A program made the translations under genes and the position numbers. Shown one piece after another: positions 49,572-58,268 of a stretch of DNA of 64,000 nucleotides. The DNA is from Candidatus Omnitrophota bacterium (GTDB lineage: Bacteria > Omnitrophota > Gorgyraeia > Gygaellales > Profunditerraquicolaceae): positions 140,325-204,324 of the forward strand of contig JBAZNT010000001.1 of assembly GCA_041649115.1 (NCBI GenBank), given 5' to 3'. Numbering within the stretch: position 1 is the stretch's first letter; each line of letters opens with the position of its first letter. The notes beneath the pieces were generated by a model. The model did not search any database, was not told where the DNA came from, and was given only the letters and a program-made list of their open reading frames with translations.

Positions 49572-49602
49572 TTGCCGACAGGCCCGATGAGTGTGCTATA
49601 AT
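49572..49602 (+). promoter_or_regulatory. Possible extended -10 promoter of lgt
   Basis: TG-C-TATAAT (TATAAT at 49597-49602), with a weak -35 TTGCCG at 49572-49577 and a 19-nt spacer. Confidence 0.35.
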
Positions 49603-49613
49603 AGAAATCCGAA

Positions 49614-50348
49614 ATGCATCCCATAATCTGCAAGATAGGTTTTTTAAATATCTATTCGTACGGCCTGGCATTGGCAGTCGCATTTATGCTGGGTTCATTG
49701 CTGGCCAGCCGCCAGGCAGCCAGGGTCCACGCTGTCCCCGAGACGGTATTTAACCTTTGTTTCCTGATTTTCGTGGCCGGCATCATCGGCGCGCGATTGT
49801 TCTACGTAAGCTACCACCTTTTTTATTACCTCAAGAATCCCCTGGAGATAATTATGTTACAGCAGGGCGGCCTTTCCTGGTTCGGAGGCCTGATGCTGGG
49901 CGCCGGTTCCGGGTTTTTCTACCTGAAAAAGAAGAAGCTCCCCATCGGAAAGACAATAGACCTGCTTGCTCCGTATCTTGCCCTCGGACAGGCCATTGGA
50001 AGGATAGGATGTTTTCTTAACGGTTGCTGCTATGGCAGGGTTTCGCATTTCGGGATTTACTTCCCGGTGCACGACGCCGTCCTTATTCCCACCCAACTTT
50101 ACTCGTCAATCCTGCTGCTGTTTATCTTTATGCTGCTGAGGTTCTTGCGCGAGAGGCCTCATCGCGACGGCCAGATATTTTTGCTCTACCTTTTATTTTA
50201 TTGCATCGGCAGGTTTTTTATCGAGTTCTTCAGGGCCGATAACCCGGCGTTATTCTGGGGGCTAACCATCTTTCACCTTATGAGCATCGCGGGGATTACG
50301 GTTGCCGTTACAGGTATCATTCTTCTGACAAGGACCCGCCGCAAATAA
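49614..50348 (+). CDS. lgt: Phosphatidylglycerol--prolipoprotein diacylglyceryl transferase
   Basis: Contains YGLALAVAF, GGLSWFGG and GRIGCFLNGCCYG. Confidence 0.92.
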   Translation: MHPIICKIGFLNIYSYGLALAVAFMLGSLLASRQAARVHAVPETVFNLCFLIFVAGIIGARLFYVSYHLFYYLKNPLEIIMLQQGGLSWFGGLMLGAGSGFFYLKKKKLPIGKTIDLLAPYLALGQAIGRIGCFLNGCCYGRVSHFGIYFPVHDAVLIPTQLYSSILLLFIFMLLRFLRERPHRDGQIFLLYLLFYCIGRFFIEFFRADNPALFWGLTIFHLMSIAGITVAVTGIILLTRTRRK

Positions 50349-50350
50349 AA

Positions 50351-51274
50351 ATGCAGGAATATACCGTCAAGGCAGATCTGGAAGAGACAGGCAGGCGCCT
50401 GGACGTATTTCTTTCCCGTTATTTCAAGGACATCAGGCTGGGGTACTCGCGGAATTTTATCCAGAGGCTGATCCGCGAGGGCGGCGTTACCTTAGGCGGC
50501 GTGTCGCTGAAACCCCACCATAAGGTGAAATCCGGAGAAGAATTTTGCATAACGGTAAACGAGAGAAAAGCCAGGGATTTAGAGCCACGCGAGATTGCGC
50601 TGGATGTGGTTTATGAGGATGATGAACTGGCGGTAGTAAACAAACCCTGCGGCATGGTAGTGCATCCGGGTGCGGGCAGGGAGCAGGATAGCCTGGCAAG
50701 CGGCCTCCTCTGCCGGTTTAAAAAATTATCCGATGTTAATCCCGAGAGGCCGGGCATTGTCCATCGGCTGGATAAGGATACTTCGGGGCTCTTGGTGGTA
50801 GCGAAGACCAACCCTGTTCATCTTGAGCTGGCGCGTCAGTTTGCAGAACACTCCATCAAGCGAAAATACCTTGCGCTGGTTGAAGGCAAGATGGAGTTTG
50901 ACGAGAACATAATCGAAGCGCCCATCGGCAGGCATCCTACCCAAAGAAAGAGCATGGCGGTCAACTTCAGCGCGGGCGCCCGGTATGCCAAGACCTATTA
51001 CCGCACCCTGGAACGCCTCGGGGGATTTAGTTTAGTAGAGTTGGAGCCTTTTACCGGCAGGACGCACCAGCTGCGGGTGCATTTGGCATATATCGGTCAC
51101 CCTGTCTTGGGAGACGCTAAATACGGCAAGCGCGGTAATTTTAGACGCCTGGCGCTTCATGCCGTATATTTAGGATTTACGCATCCGGTCAGCGGCAGAT
51201 CCCTGGAATTTAGATGCGATATGCCCGCCGAATTCAAAGAACATCTGCATAAAACAAAAACCCCCGTCCTATGA
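50351..51274 (+). CDS. rluD: RluA-family 23S rRNA pseudouridine synthase (RluD-like)
   Basis: N-terminal S4 domain, catalytic HRLDKDTSGLLVVAK, and GRTHQLRVH. Confidence 0.9.
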   Translation: MQEYTVKADLEETGRRLDVFLSRYFKDIRLGYSRNFIQRLIREGGVTLGGVSLKPHHKVKSGEEFCITVNERKARDLEPREIALDVVYEDDELAVVNKPCGMVVHPGAGREQDSLASGLLCRFKKLSDVNPERPGIVHRLDKDTSGLLVVAKTNPVHLELARQFAEHSIKRKYLALVEGKMEFDENIIEAPIGRHPTQRKSMAVNFSAGARYAKTYYRTLERLGGFSLVELEPFTGRTHQLRVHLAYIGHPVLGDAKYGKRGNFRRLALHAVYLGFTHPVSGRSLEFRCDMPAEFKEHLHKTKTPVL

Positions 51275-53049
51275 GCGGGTTTTCCGCAATGGACTCGATG
51301 ACATCTCCCGGGCAAGAGAAAAGGTGTTTTTTGGGAGGCGTAATGCAGAGCTTAGCGTTATTCTTCCGCAAGAACGCCGTCCTCGTGTTAGTGATTTCCT
51401 TTTTTGTCTTCGCCAACCTCATCTGGTGGCAACAGAATAAGTTTATTCAGGGGCCGGACGAAGGCGAACACTTGTATAAGAGCATCGAACTTTATGAATC
51501 CGGCGGTTATCTCCGTGAGTTCCTGCATCCTAAGGCCCACCATTCTTCTTACAACGGGCCTTTCTTTTACTCTACCGCCGGCATATTCTACCGCCTCTTT
51601 AACAGCAGCGCCTACCGGGTCTCCATCCTCAACATCCTTATTTATGCCGTCATTTTATTAATCGGCATAAGCAGGTTAGAGCGCTTATTCTTTAATACCG
51701 CCGGTATCCTTTCGCCGATGTTTTGCATGTTGATATATACCGGCGGCGTCTATTCAAGGTTCTTTAACCCCGACATAGCGGTGTGCGCCATACTGGTATG
51801 GTTTATGTATTTTCTTAAAAAACTGAATGATACCGTTAACCCGAAGTATTTCTTTATGTCCGCCCTGCTGATATTAATCGGAGGATATACCAAGGTAATG
51901 TTTTATTTATACGCTGCATTCCCCCTGTTATCTTATTTGCTTATGGCGTTTAGAAGGGGGGAAGTCAAAAAAATAACCTTTAACCTCATGTTAATCGCAT
52001 TCCTGCCTGTTCTCTTTTGGTTTATATATCCGGTTCCTTTTGAAAGAATAATCCTTGGGAGGCAGCTTAATTGTCAAGACATGCTGCAACAAGACAATCT
52101 TTCTGTTGCATATACCGCGGGAGGCTGCCTCGGTAACCTTAAGGAACTGGTTTTGATTATCGTCAATTCTCAATTCGGCGGGATAATGTTTTTATTCTTT
52201 ATTTTTAGTTTATTAGTTTTTATCTTTTCAACTGGCGAAAAAGAAGACAGATTCAGTATAATTGCGTGTTTTTTAGGTCCGCTCCTTGCATTTTTTATTT
52301 CAACATTTTCTTCATTGAGGATTAAATCTTTCGAAGACAGATATTTCATGCCCCTGGTCATTACCGAAGCTATAATAATGAGCTTTGCTTTGAATCGGTT
52401 TTTCCGCAGGAGGATTGTTCTTAGATTTGCGGCAGCGCTTTTTATCCTGTTTTTTTTCGTTCAATACCTGGGGTTTTCTTTTTCAAGAACCTGGATAGAT
52501 TTTTTTAACAGGCATACGGTTTTAAAAGGCGCGATAAATCTCTCGCATAAGCCGACGCTTTTCATTGCGCCTTCCCTGCCGATACGTTCCAACCCACTGG
52601 ATGGGATGTTGCAGATATTGAGGAGCGCTCAAGAGAATGGCGTGCCGGGGACCGCCTGTTTTATATACGACTTTGAGAAAGAGCCGTTTACCGATTTATT
52701 ATCCAAAAGGTTAGGATACTATACCCGCAGGAATCAGCATTTTATTTATACCGTCTGCGACGGATACCTTACCTGTACCGCCGGCTCTGTATCCGAAGCC
52801 AATTTCATCATAGTCAGCCGTTCCTACCTCAAAGAAAAAACAGAGGTCCTGTCCCCCGAATCCCTATTTTACAGGAAGGGCTGCCTTGATAACCCGGAGG
52901 CATACCAGCCCTTTCTGGAAGAGTTCGAGAGCTTCTTGAGGGAGGGGAGGTTTAGGCTTTACAGGCAGGTCGGTGCCTATGACCATATCCTGAATAGAAA
53001 AGAAGATTTTTTTATGTACCTCAAGGAAGAGATGCTGAAGCTGCTGTAA
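51271..53049 (+). CDS. Polytopic membrane protein, GT-C fold glycosyltransferase-like (ArnT/PMT family 39-like)
   Basis: At least 10 predicted TM segments. The first extracytoplasmic loop has a DE motif (QGPDEGEHLYKSIELYESGGY), as in ArnT/PMT enzymes, followed by a soluble C-terminal domain. The start may instead be the ATG at 51343 (MQSLALFF...). Confidence 0.6.
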   Translation: MSGFSAMDSMTSPGQEKRCFLGGVMQSLALFFRKNAVLVLVISFFVFANLIWWQQNKFIQGPDEGEHLYKSIELYESGGYLREFLHPKAHHSSYNGPFFYSTAGIFYRLFNSSAYRVSILNILIYAVILLIGISRLERLFFNTAGILSPMFCMLIYTGGVYSRFFNPDIAVCAILVWFMYFLKKLNDTVNPKYFFMSALLILIGGYTKVMFYLYAAFPLLSYLLMAFRRGEVKKITFNLMLIAFLPVLFWFIYPVPFERIILGRQLNCQDMLQQDNLSVAYTAGGCLGNLKELVLIIVNSQFGGIMFLFFIFSLLVFIFSTGEKEDRFSIIACFLGPLLAFFISTFSSLRIKSFEDRYFMPLVITEAIIMSFALNRFFRRRIVLRFAAALFILFFFVQYLGFSFSRTWIDFFNRHTVLKGAINLSHKPTLFIAPSLPIRSNPLDGMLQILRSAQENGVPGTACFIYDFEKEPFTDLLSKRLGYYTRRNQHFIYTVCDGYLTCTAGSVSEANFIIVSRSYLKEKTEVLSPESLFYRKGCLDNPEAYQPFLEEFESFLREGRFRLYRQVGAYDHILNRKEDFFMYLKEEMLKLL

Positions 53050-53117
53050 AATAAATAAAAAAGCATCTTCCTCCCTCTGCATTCCTGCCCTAAAGATCCC
53101 GTATACCCCGAATATTA

Positions 53118-53146
53118 TTGAAAAATATAAGTGTAACTGTTATAAT
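53118..53146 (+). promoter_or_regulatory. Near-consensus sigma70 promoter upstream of the SPASM radical SAM gene
   Basis: TTGAAA (53118-53123), 17-nt spacer, TATAAT (53141-53146). The 5' UTR carries 9-bp inverted repeats AGAAATAAA (53152-53160) and TTTATTTCT (53182-53190), which abut the RBS. Confidence 0.55.
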
Positions 53147-53204
53147 ATGTTAGAAATAAATAAAGACCCGCGAAGACCTGTTTTATTTCTAAAAGGAAGA
53201 TATT

Positions 53205-54191
53205 ATGAAGAGCGCCCCCTATATAAAATCATGTTTTGCCAATGACGGTTTGCGGAGGTTTTTAAATCTTGCACAGGCGTATTTGGTTTTTAAGACAAGG
53301 CCTCGATATGTGCGGGGTCAGCCTGTGATGGCTGTCCTGGAACCGACAAACCAATGCCCCTTAAAATGCGAAATGTGCGTGCGTCCTAAGCTGGGGTCTT
53401 TAAAGCTCGGGAGCATGAGTTATGACAATTTTGTCTGTTTGCTCGGTCAGTTTGATTACCTTGTCAGTCTCGCCTTAGTGGGGCTGGGAGAGCCTTTTTT
53501 GAATCAGGATTTGCCAAAAATGATTCACTATGCCAAGAGAGCCAGAAAAATTCCCTACATCTGGGTTTCTACAAACGGGATGGTTCTGGATAATATCGGC
53601 TACAAAGAGGTAAATTCCATGCCTGTTGAGGATATGCTTATTTCTTTTGACGCGGCATCCGCGGATACCTACGAAAAAATAAGAAAAGGCGCTTCCTTCA
53701 GCAGGCTTATAAAGAATATCGAAGGATTAATGGAGGTCAAGCGCAGCAGCGGAAAAGGGCCCAAGATAATCCTGGTTACCGTTGCCACAAATACCAATTC
53801 CGAGGAGCTTTTCGAAGTGGTCAAGGTAGCCGCTTCTCTCGGGGTGGATAAATTACGGATGATTACCGTAAACTCAGATTATCCGAATTCTCCCGGGATG
53901 GTCTTTAATGATCCCTCGAAGGAAGCCGGAAAACTGCAGGCCTTGGCGAGGCGTCTGCATTTGGCTTTTGAATATTCCAAGTTTGCCGAGTGTTTTGAGC
54001 CCTGGTTGCGTCCGTATATTACCTGGGATGGCTATCTAACGCCCTGCGCCTCCCGGCCTAACGCCGAGGAGATTAATTTTGGGAATGTCTTTGAGAAGCC
54101 GCTTGCCGAGATTTGGAACAGTAAGGATTTCCAGGCATTCAGGTCTTCCAGGCCTTCAATTTGCCGTCGCTGCCCACGCACATGGAAATAA
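53205..54191 (+). CDS. Radical SAM protein with a C-terminal SPASM/twitch-like Cys region
   Basis: Radical SAM motif EPTNQCPLKCEMC and GGEP-like VGLGEPFLN. C-terminal cysteines lie in AECFEPW...LTPCASRP...SICRRCPR. Confidence 0.75.
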   Translation: MKSAPYIKSCFANDGLRRFLNLAQAYLVFKTRPRYVRGQPVMAVLEPTNQCPLKCEMCVRPKLGSLKLGSMSYDNFVCLLGQFDYLVSLALVGLGEPFLNQDLPKMIHYAKRARKIPYIWVSTNGMVLDNIGYKEVNSMPVEDMLISFDAASADTYEKIRKGASFSRLIKNIEGLMEVKRSSGKGPKIILVTVATNTNSEELFEVVKVAASLGVDKLRMITVNSDYPNSPGMVFNDPSKEAGKLQALARRLHLAFEYSKFAECFEPWLRPYITWDGYLTPCASRPNAEEINFGNVFEKPLAEIWNSKDFQAFRSSRPSICRRCPRTWK

Positions 54192-54399
54192 AGAGATATC
54201 AGAAATGACAGGTTTTTTATCAATTCAGATTTAGGCGGCTCTCCCGTACCCGATCTTGGTTTTGCCTATGCGCTCTCTAGGGATACCGGTAGTCCTTAGG
54301 CGTCAGCTTAGCGTCAAGGGGGAAGCTTTATCTTTGGGATAGATTATTTGTGGATAGGGTAAGAAGTTGTTGGCCGGCCATTCAATATGAGGCTATGAT

Positions 54400-55137
54400 A
54401 TGTTGCGCAAGATAGAAGGTCTTTCCGTAATCGTCCCCGTTCGCGATGAAGGAGGGACCATCAGGTCGGTCGTTCAGGATTGCTTGGCGCAGCTTGATGC
54501 GCTTGCATCCCGATATGAAGTTATCGTAGTAGACGACCACTCTTCGGAAGACGTGGAATTTCTGCTTGATGGGTTACCTTGCAGGGTAGTGAAGAATGTG
54601 TCCCGGGCCGGCAAAGGTAATGCCATAAGGAGCGGATTGAAGGAATGCCGTTACGGCACGGTTGTTATGCTGGATGGGGATTATTCCCACAGGCCCGAAG
54701 ACCTGCCTGTCTTGGCAAAGGAGTTTGAAAAGGGGTTTGGGTTGGTTGTGGCTAGCAGGGCATTAGGGGGAAGCGATGAATATAGCCTGATGAGAAGCAC
54801 GGGGAATATGCTGGCCACGTCTATGTTCAACTTGCTCTTTGGAGTGCATCTTAGCGATGCGCTCAACGGTTTTAAGATCTTTGACAGGCTTATAGCGGAT
54901 ACCTTTGCCTATGTCTCAGAGGGTTTTGATATAGAAATCGAGCTCCTTGCAAATGCAAGGAACCTGGGGTTAAGCATCGGTCAAGTCCCTTCTCATGAGC
55001 GCAGGAGGTCGCAGGGCATAGCCAAGAGCATGCCGTTTGTCATGGTCTTTTCGGTACCTTACCGGATATTATACGAGCGAATGCGTTACGGTAAGAAAAA
55101 GAGAATTGACGGCCCGCAGGCGCCTTCTTCCAGATGA
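54400..55137 (+). CDS. Family 2 glycosyltransferase, polyprenyl-phosphate sugar synthase-like (Dpm1/Ppm1/ArnC-like)
   Basis: Contains SVIVPVRDEGGTI, VVDDHSSED, LDGDYSH (DxD) and VVASRALGGSDEY...SDALNGFKIF. 245 aa. Confidence 0.78.
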   Translation: MLRKIEGLSVIVPVRDEGGTIRSVVQDCLAQLDALASRYEVIVVDDHSSEDVEFLLDGLPCRVVKNVSRAGKGNAIRSGLKECRYGTVVMLDGDYSHRPEDLPVLAKEFEKGFGLVVASRALGGSDEYSLMRSTGNMLATSMFNLLFGVHLSDALNGFKIFDRLIADTFAYVSEGFDIEIELLANARNLGLSIGQVPSHERRRSQGIAKSMPFVMVFSVPYRILYERMRYGKKKRIDGPQAPSSR

Positions 55138-56666
55138 AAAAAAACACACTTATCGTTTTTTGTATTTTGTTGGTTTCTCTTAACGTCGGGCTTCAGGCAG
55201 GAAAATTTGCAGCAGGCTGGGAAAAGCTGGTTACGCGCTGCCCCGTGTTCTATGCAATAGAAGCAAAGAACATCGCTCGTTTTGGCCTTCTCGGGATAGA
55301 CGGCTCGACCATTTTTGCGACTGGAGCCTACGGCCTCAAGAGAAGATTTGACGTGCCGATGTGCAACCATCCTCTCCTGACTTCAGCGATATGCGCTTTT
55401 TTCTTCAGGGTATTCGGAGTGCATGTCTGGGTTACCCAGCTATTGGCGCTGCTATTTGGCATAGGTATTTCCTTGATGGCAATGCTTCTTGCATGGCGTA
55501 TGAGCGGGATGTGGTTATGCGCCTTACTGGCGGGGGCATTGGCGAGCCTTGTCCCGGCGGCATTATATTACAACCATATCTTGGACCGTTGGTGGCTGGA
55601 TATCTTTTGGTTTCTGGCTGTTATTATTCTTTATCGCAGGGTATCGGAAGACGGATTTTTAAATTTCAAGGAAAAGGCCTGGCTTTATTTTTTCACCCTC
55701 CTGGCATGTCTTAATGGATGGCGTCTTCTGGCGCTGCCGCCGCTTCTTATGCTTCATTCCGCCGTTAAGATAAAAGAGGTAAGCGCCGACCGTAAGAATG
55801 CGGGGGCCAGTTTCCTGAGAGAGTACGGTTTTCTTTTGGCGTTGATTACTGTCGCCCTGCTATGGTTCATGCAGCGGATGCACGCGATGAATCTCGCTGA
55901 TTATTTAAGACTCGCATACCTTAAGACGGAGCCCAAGCCGGCAGATATTACCATATGGCAGTGGGCGTGGAAGTATTTCCGTATTCAGACGGATTCTTAC
56001 ACGTCTGTTCTCTACGTTCTTATTCTGCCCGGGCTGGCAGCATTTTTTTTCAACAGGCGCGTTACGCCTTCGGACAAGACGCTGATGGCAATAATCATCA
56101 TTTGGGGCGTCCTCACGAGCGCGTTTCTGACAAAACACGCCTATTACATCTATAGCCTCCACAATGCCTTTTTTATCCCGGTAGTTCTCTCGAGCGCGTA
56201 CCTTCTGGCCAGGCTCATATACCTGATTCCCAAACGCTATCTAGTTTTTCGGTTCGTTTTTTCGGTTTTTTTCTTTGTTTTCTTCATTCTCTCGACACAG
56301 CATGTTGTTGCGAGATGGCCTTTTAAGCGCTTTCCGTTGCGCAGTTTCGAAAGCGAAATAAATCGCGTTACCCTGCCGGAGGATATTATTGCAACCAATT
56401 CTGACCTTACGGGGCAGCATGATTATTCAACGGATATAAGAAATCCCGTCAATCTCCATAACATGTTTTACATGGACAGGGAGATTGAAATTTTCAAATC
56501 CAAAGGCGATTTTCTGAAAAAGGGCGGTAGGTATAAATATTTTGTTTTTGAAAAGAGCGAATCCGGCGTATCTGGCGAGGAAGAGGATCTTTTTGAATAC
56601 CTGAAGTTCAACTCGGCAGACATGAAAGAAGAAGGCCGTTTTTACATATTCAGGCTGAAGGAATGA
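55134..56666 (+). CDS. Polytopic membrane protein, possible second GT-C-type glycosyltransferase
   Basis: About 11 hydrophobic segments followed by a ~140-aa soluble tail. ATGA overlap with the GT2 gene. No clear catalytic motif recognised, so the family call is tentative. Confidence 0.4.
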   Translation: MKKNTLIVFCILLVSLNVGLQAGKFAAGWEKLVTRCPVFYAIEAKNIARFGLLGIDGSTIFATGAYGLKRRFDVPMCNHPLLTSAICAFFFRVFGVHVWVTQLLALLFGIGISLMAMLLAWRMSGMWLCALLAGALASLVPAALYYNHILDRWWLDIFWFLAVIILYRRVSEDGFLNFKEKAWLYFFTLLACLNGWRLLALPPLLMLHSAVKIKEVSADRKNAGASFLREYGFLLALITVALLWFMQRMHAMNLADYLRLAYLKTEPKPADITIWQWAWKYFRIQTDSYTSVLYVLILPGLAAFFFNRRVTPSDKTLMAIIIIWGVLTSAFLTKHAYYIYSLHNAFFIPVVLSSAYLLARLIYLIPKRYLVFRFVFSVFFFVFFILSTQHVVARWPFKRFPLRSFESEINRVTLPEDIIATNSDLTGQHDYSTDIRNPVNLHNMFYMDREIEIFKSKGDFLKKGGRYKYFVFEKSESGVSGEEEDLFEYLKFNSADMKEEGRFYIFRLKE

Positions 56667-56759
56667 TTCGGCGTCAGCCGCGCCGGGTCCAACATCGCTG
56701 CATTTCGTTGTCCCGGCGAAGGATGCAATCATGATTCGCATGGTTGCGGAGGTTCCCAT

Positions 56760-58268
56760 ATGCGCGTAGTTCTGATAAACCCAAATCTTGACGGCTCACC
56801 CATCCCCAATATCGGACTTGCCTACGTTATCTCTTCCGTAGAACGCGATCATCAGGTGCGGCTCTTAGATATGGTTTTCCACACCGGGGATTACCGCCGT
56901 TATCTTGCCGCCAGTTTTAAGGAATTCAGGCCCGAGGTAATTGGGTTTTCAGTAAATAGCTTTACCTTCCACTATGCCCTTAAGATAGCCTCTTTCATAC
57001 GCGCAGAATATCCTGCAATCCCGCTGGTCTACGGAGGCATACATACGAGCCTTCTTCCGGAAGAAACAATCCGGAACCCGCTGGTTGATGCCATCTGCAT
57101 AGGGGAGGGGGAAGATTCATTCCGCGAATATCTCCGGAAGCTTGAGCGTGGCGAGCGCCCCCGGGATGTGGCAGGCATCTGGTATAAGGACGATACCGGT
57201 GCGGTCGTCAGGAACATCTTGCGTCCTTTTAGGGAGGATCTCGATTCGCTTCCTTTTCCTAACTGGGCACACTGGGACATGGACAGATATTTGAAGACGA
57301 ACCTCTATTTTGTAGGCGGGATAGGATACATGTTTTCCCGCGGCTGCCCGTATACGTGCAGTTTTTGTTCTAATCCCGCCATGCAACGGGCAATCCCCGG
57401 AAGGTTCTATCGCCATAGGAGCCCAGCTAACATTATAGAGGAGATAAAATTAAACAGAGACAGGTATGCCTCGCGCGGGTTCAGGAATGTCGCGTTTGGG
57501 GATGCAACCTTCGGTCTTAATAAGAGATTCCTGGAGGAATTCTGCGAACTCTACATGGGAGAACGGCTGCATCTTGATTTTCCGTGGGTGTGCCAGACAA
57601 GGGTAGATGTAATCACCGAGGAATGGGCGCGCCTTGTCGCCCGCGCAGGATGTTGTATGGTAACGCTGGGGATCGAGTCGGCCGACGATTACATACGCAC
57701 CAAGGTATTCAGGAAAACTATTTCTGCCGAGGCGATTGCAAATGCGATAGATAGATTGAAGAGAAATGATATAATGTATGCCATCAATATTATCATCGGT
57801 TGCCCTGATGAGACCAGGGAGAGCATAAAGAGGGTCTTGACCTTGTTGCGGAAGGCCAAGCCCGTCAATACCTACTTTTCTTTTTACCAGCCTTTGCCGA
57901 AGACCGAGCTCGGCGAGGCAACGAGAGAGTATATCGTAGTCAGCGAGGATAAGCTTACGAAGCCCTGGAATACCCCGCGCATATCCGTAAAATATATAAA
58001 GATTTCTGAATTAAAAAGGCTTATGCTGAGGATAAGGATAGCGAAGGTATTGAAGTTTTTTATTTCCGGGATAAGATTGAAAGGGGCGCGTTTTATCGTG
58101 ACAGTCATCAAGTACCTCTTTTCTATAGGCGGGTACCGGACGATGTCGCTGCGCAATCCCTATATGGAAGTAGACCTCGAGCAGAGGACCTTCTATCACT
58201 ACCTGCTTAATAACTGGAGGCGTTCTTACCTCAAGAAGATCTCGCAAGAAAAGGCGGAAGGTCGATGA
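56760..58268 (+). CDS. B12-binding-domain radical SAM protein (class B)
   Basis: N-terminal Rossmann-like B12 domain (VVLINPN...IGLAYV...VIGFSV...PLVYGGIHTS...ICIGEGE). Radical SAM motif FSRGCPYTCSFCSN. Confidence 0.8.
   Translation: MRVVLINPNLDGSPIPNIGLAYVISSVERDHQVRLLDMVFHTGDYRRYLAASFKEFRPEVIGFSVNSFTFHYALKIASFIRAEYPAIPLVYGGIHTSLLPEETIRNPLVDAICIGEGEDSFREYLRKLERGERPRDVAGIWYKDDTGAVVRNILRPFREDLDSLPFPNWAHWDMDRYLKTNLYFVGGIGYMFSRGCPYTCSFCSNPAMQRAIPGRFYRHRSPANIIEEIKLNRDRYASRGFRNVAFGDATFGLNKRFLEEFCELYMGERLHLDFPWVCQTRVDVITEEWARLVARAGCCMVTLGIESADDYIRTKVFRKTISAEAIANAIDRLKRNDIMYAINIIIGCPDETRESIKRVLTLLRKAKPVNTYFSFYQPLPKTELGEATREYIVVSEDKLTKPWNTPRISVKYIKISELKRLMLRIRIAKVLKFFISGIRLKGARFIVTVIKYLFSIGGYRTMSLRNPYMEVDLEQRTFYHYLLNNWRRSYLKKISQEKAEGR

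Noticed and set aside
53050-54399. Search for a RiPP precursor peptide next to the SPASM and B12 radical SAM genes. Candidates were a 32-codon ORF from 53147 and a 24-codon ORF at 54268-54342.
   Set aside because: The first starts inside the -10 box and overlaps the radical SAM gene out of frame. The second has no RBS and a nondescript sequence. No leader/core-like peptide, protease or exporter is present, so the RiPP interpretation is disfavoured, though not excluded for sequence beyond 64000.
56681-56718. Hairpin CGCCGGG...CCCGGCG after the second membrane-protein gene, considered as a terminator splitting the island.
   Set aside because: The stem is short with a large loop and no U tract, so termination cannot be claimed. 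It might still be a processing or attenuation site.
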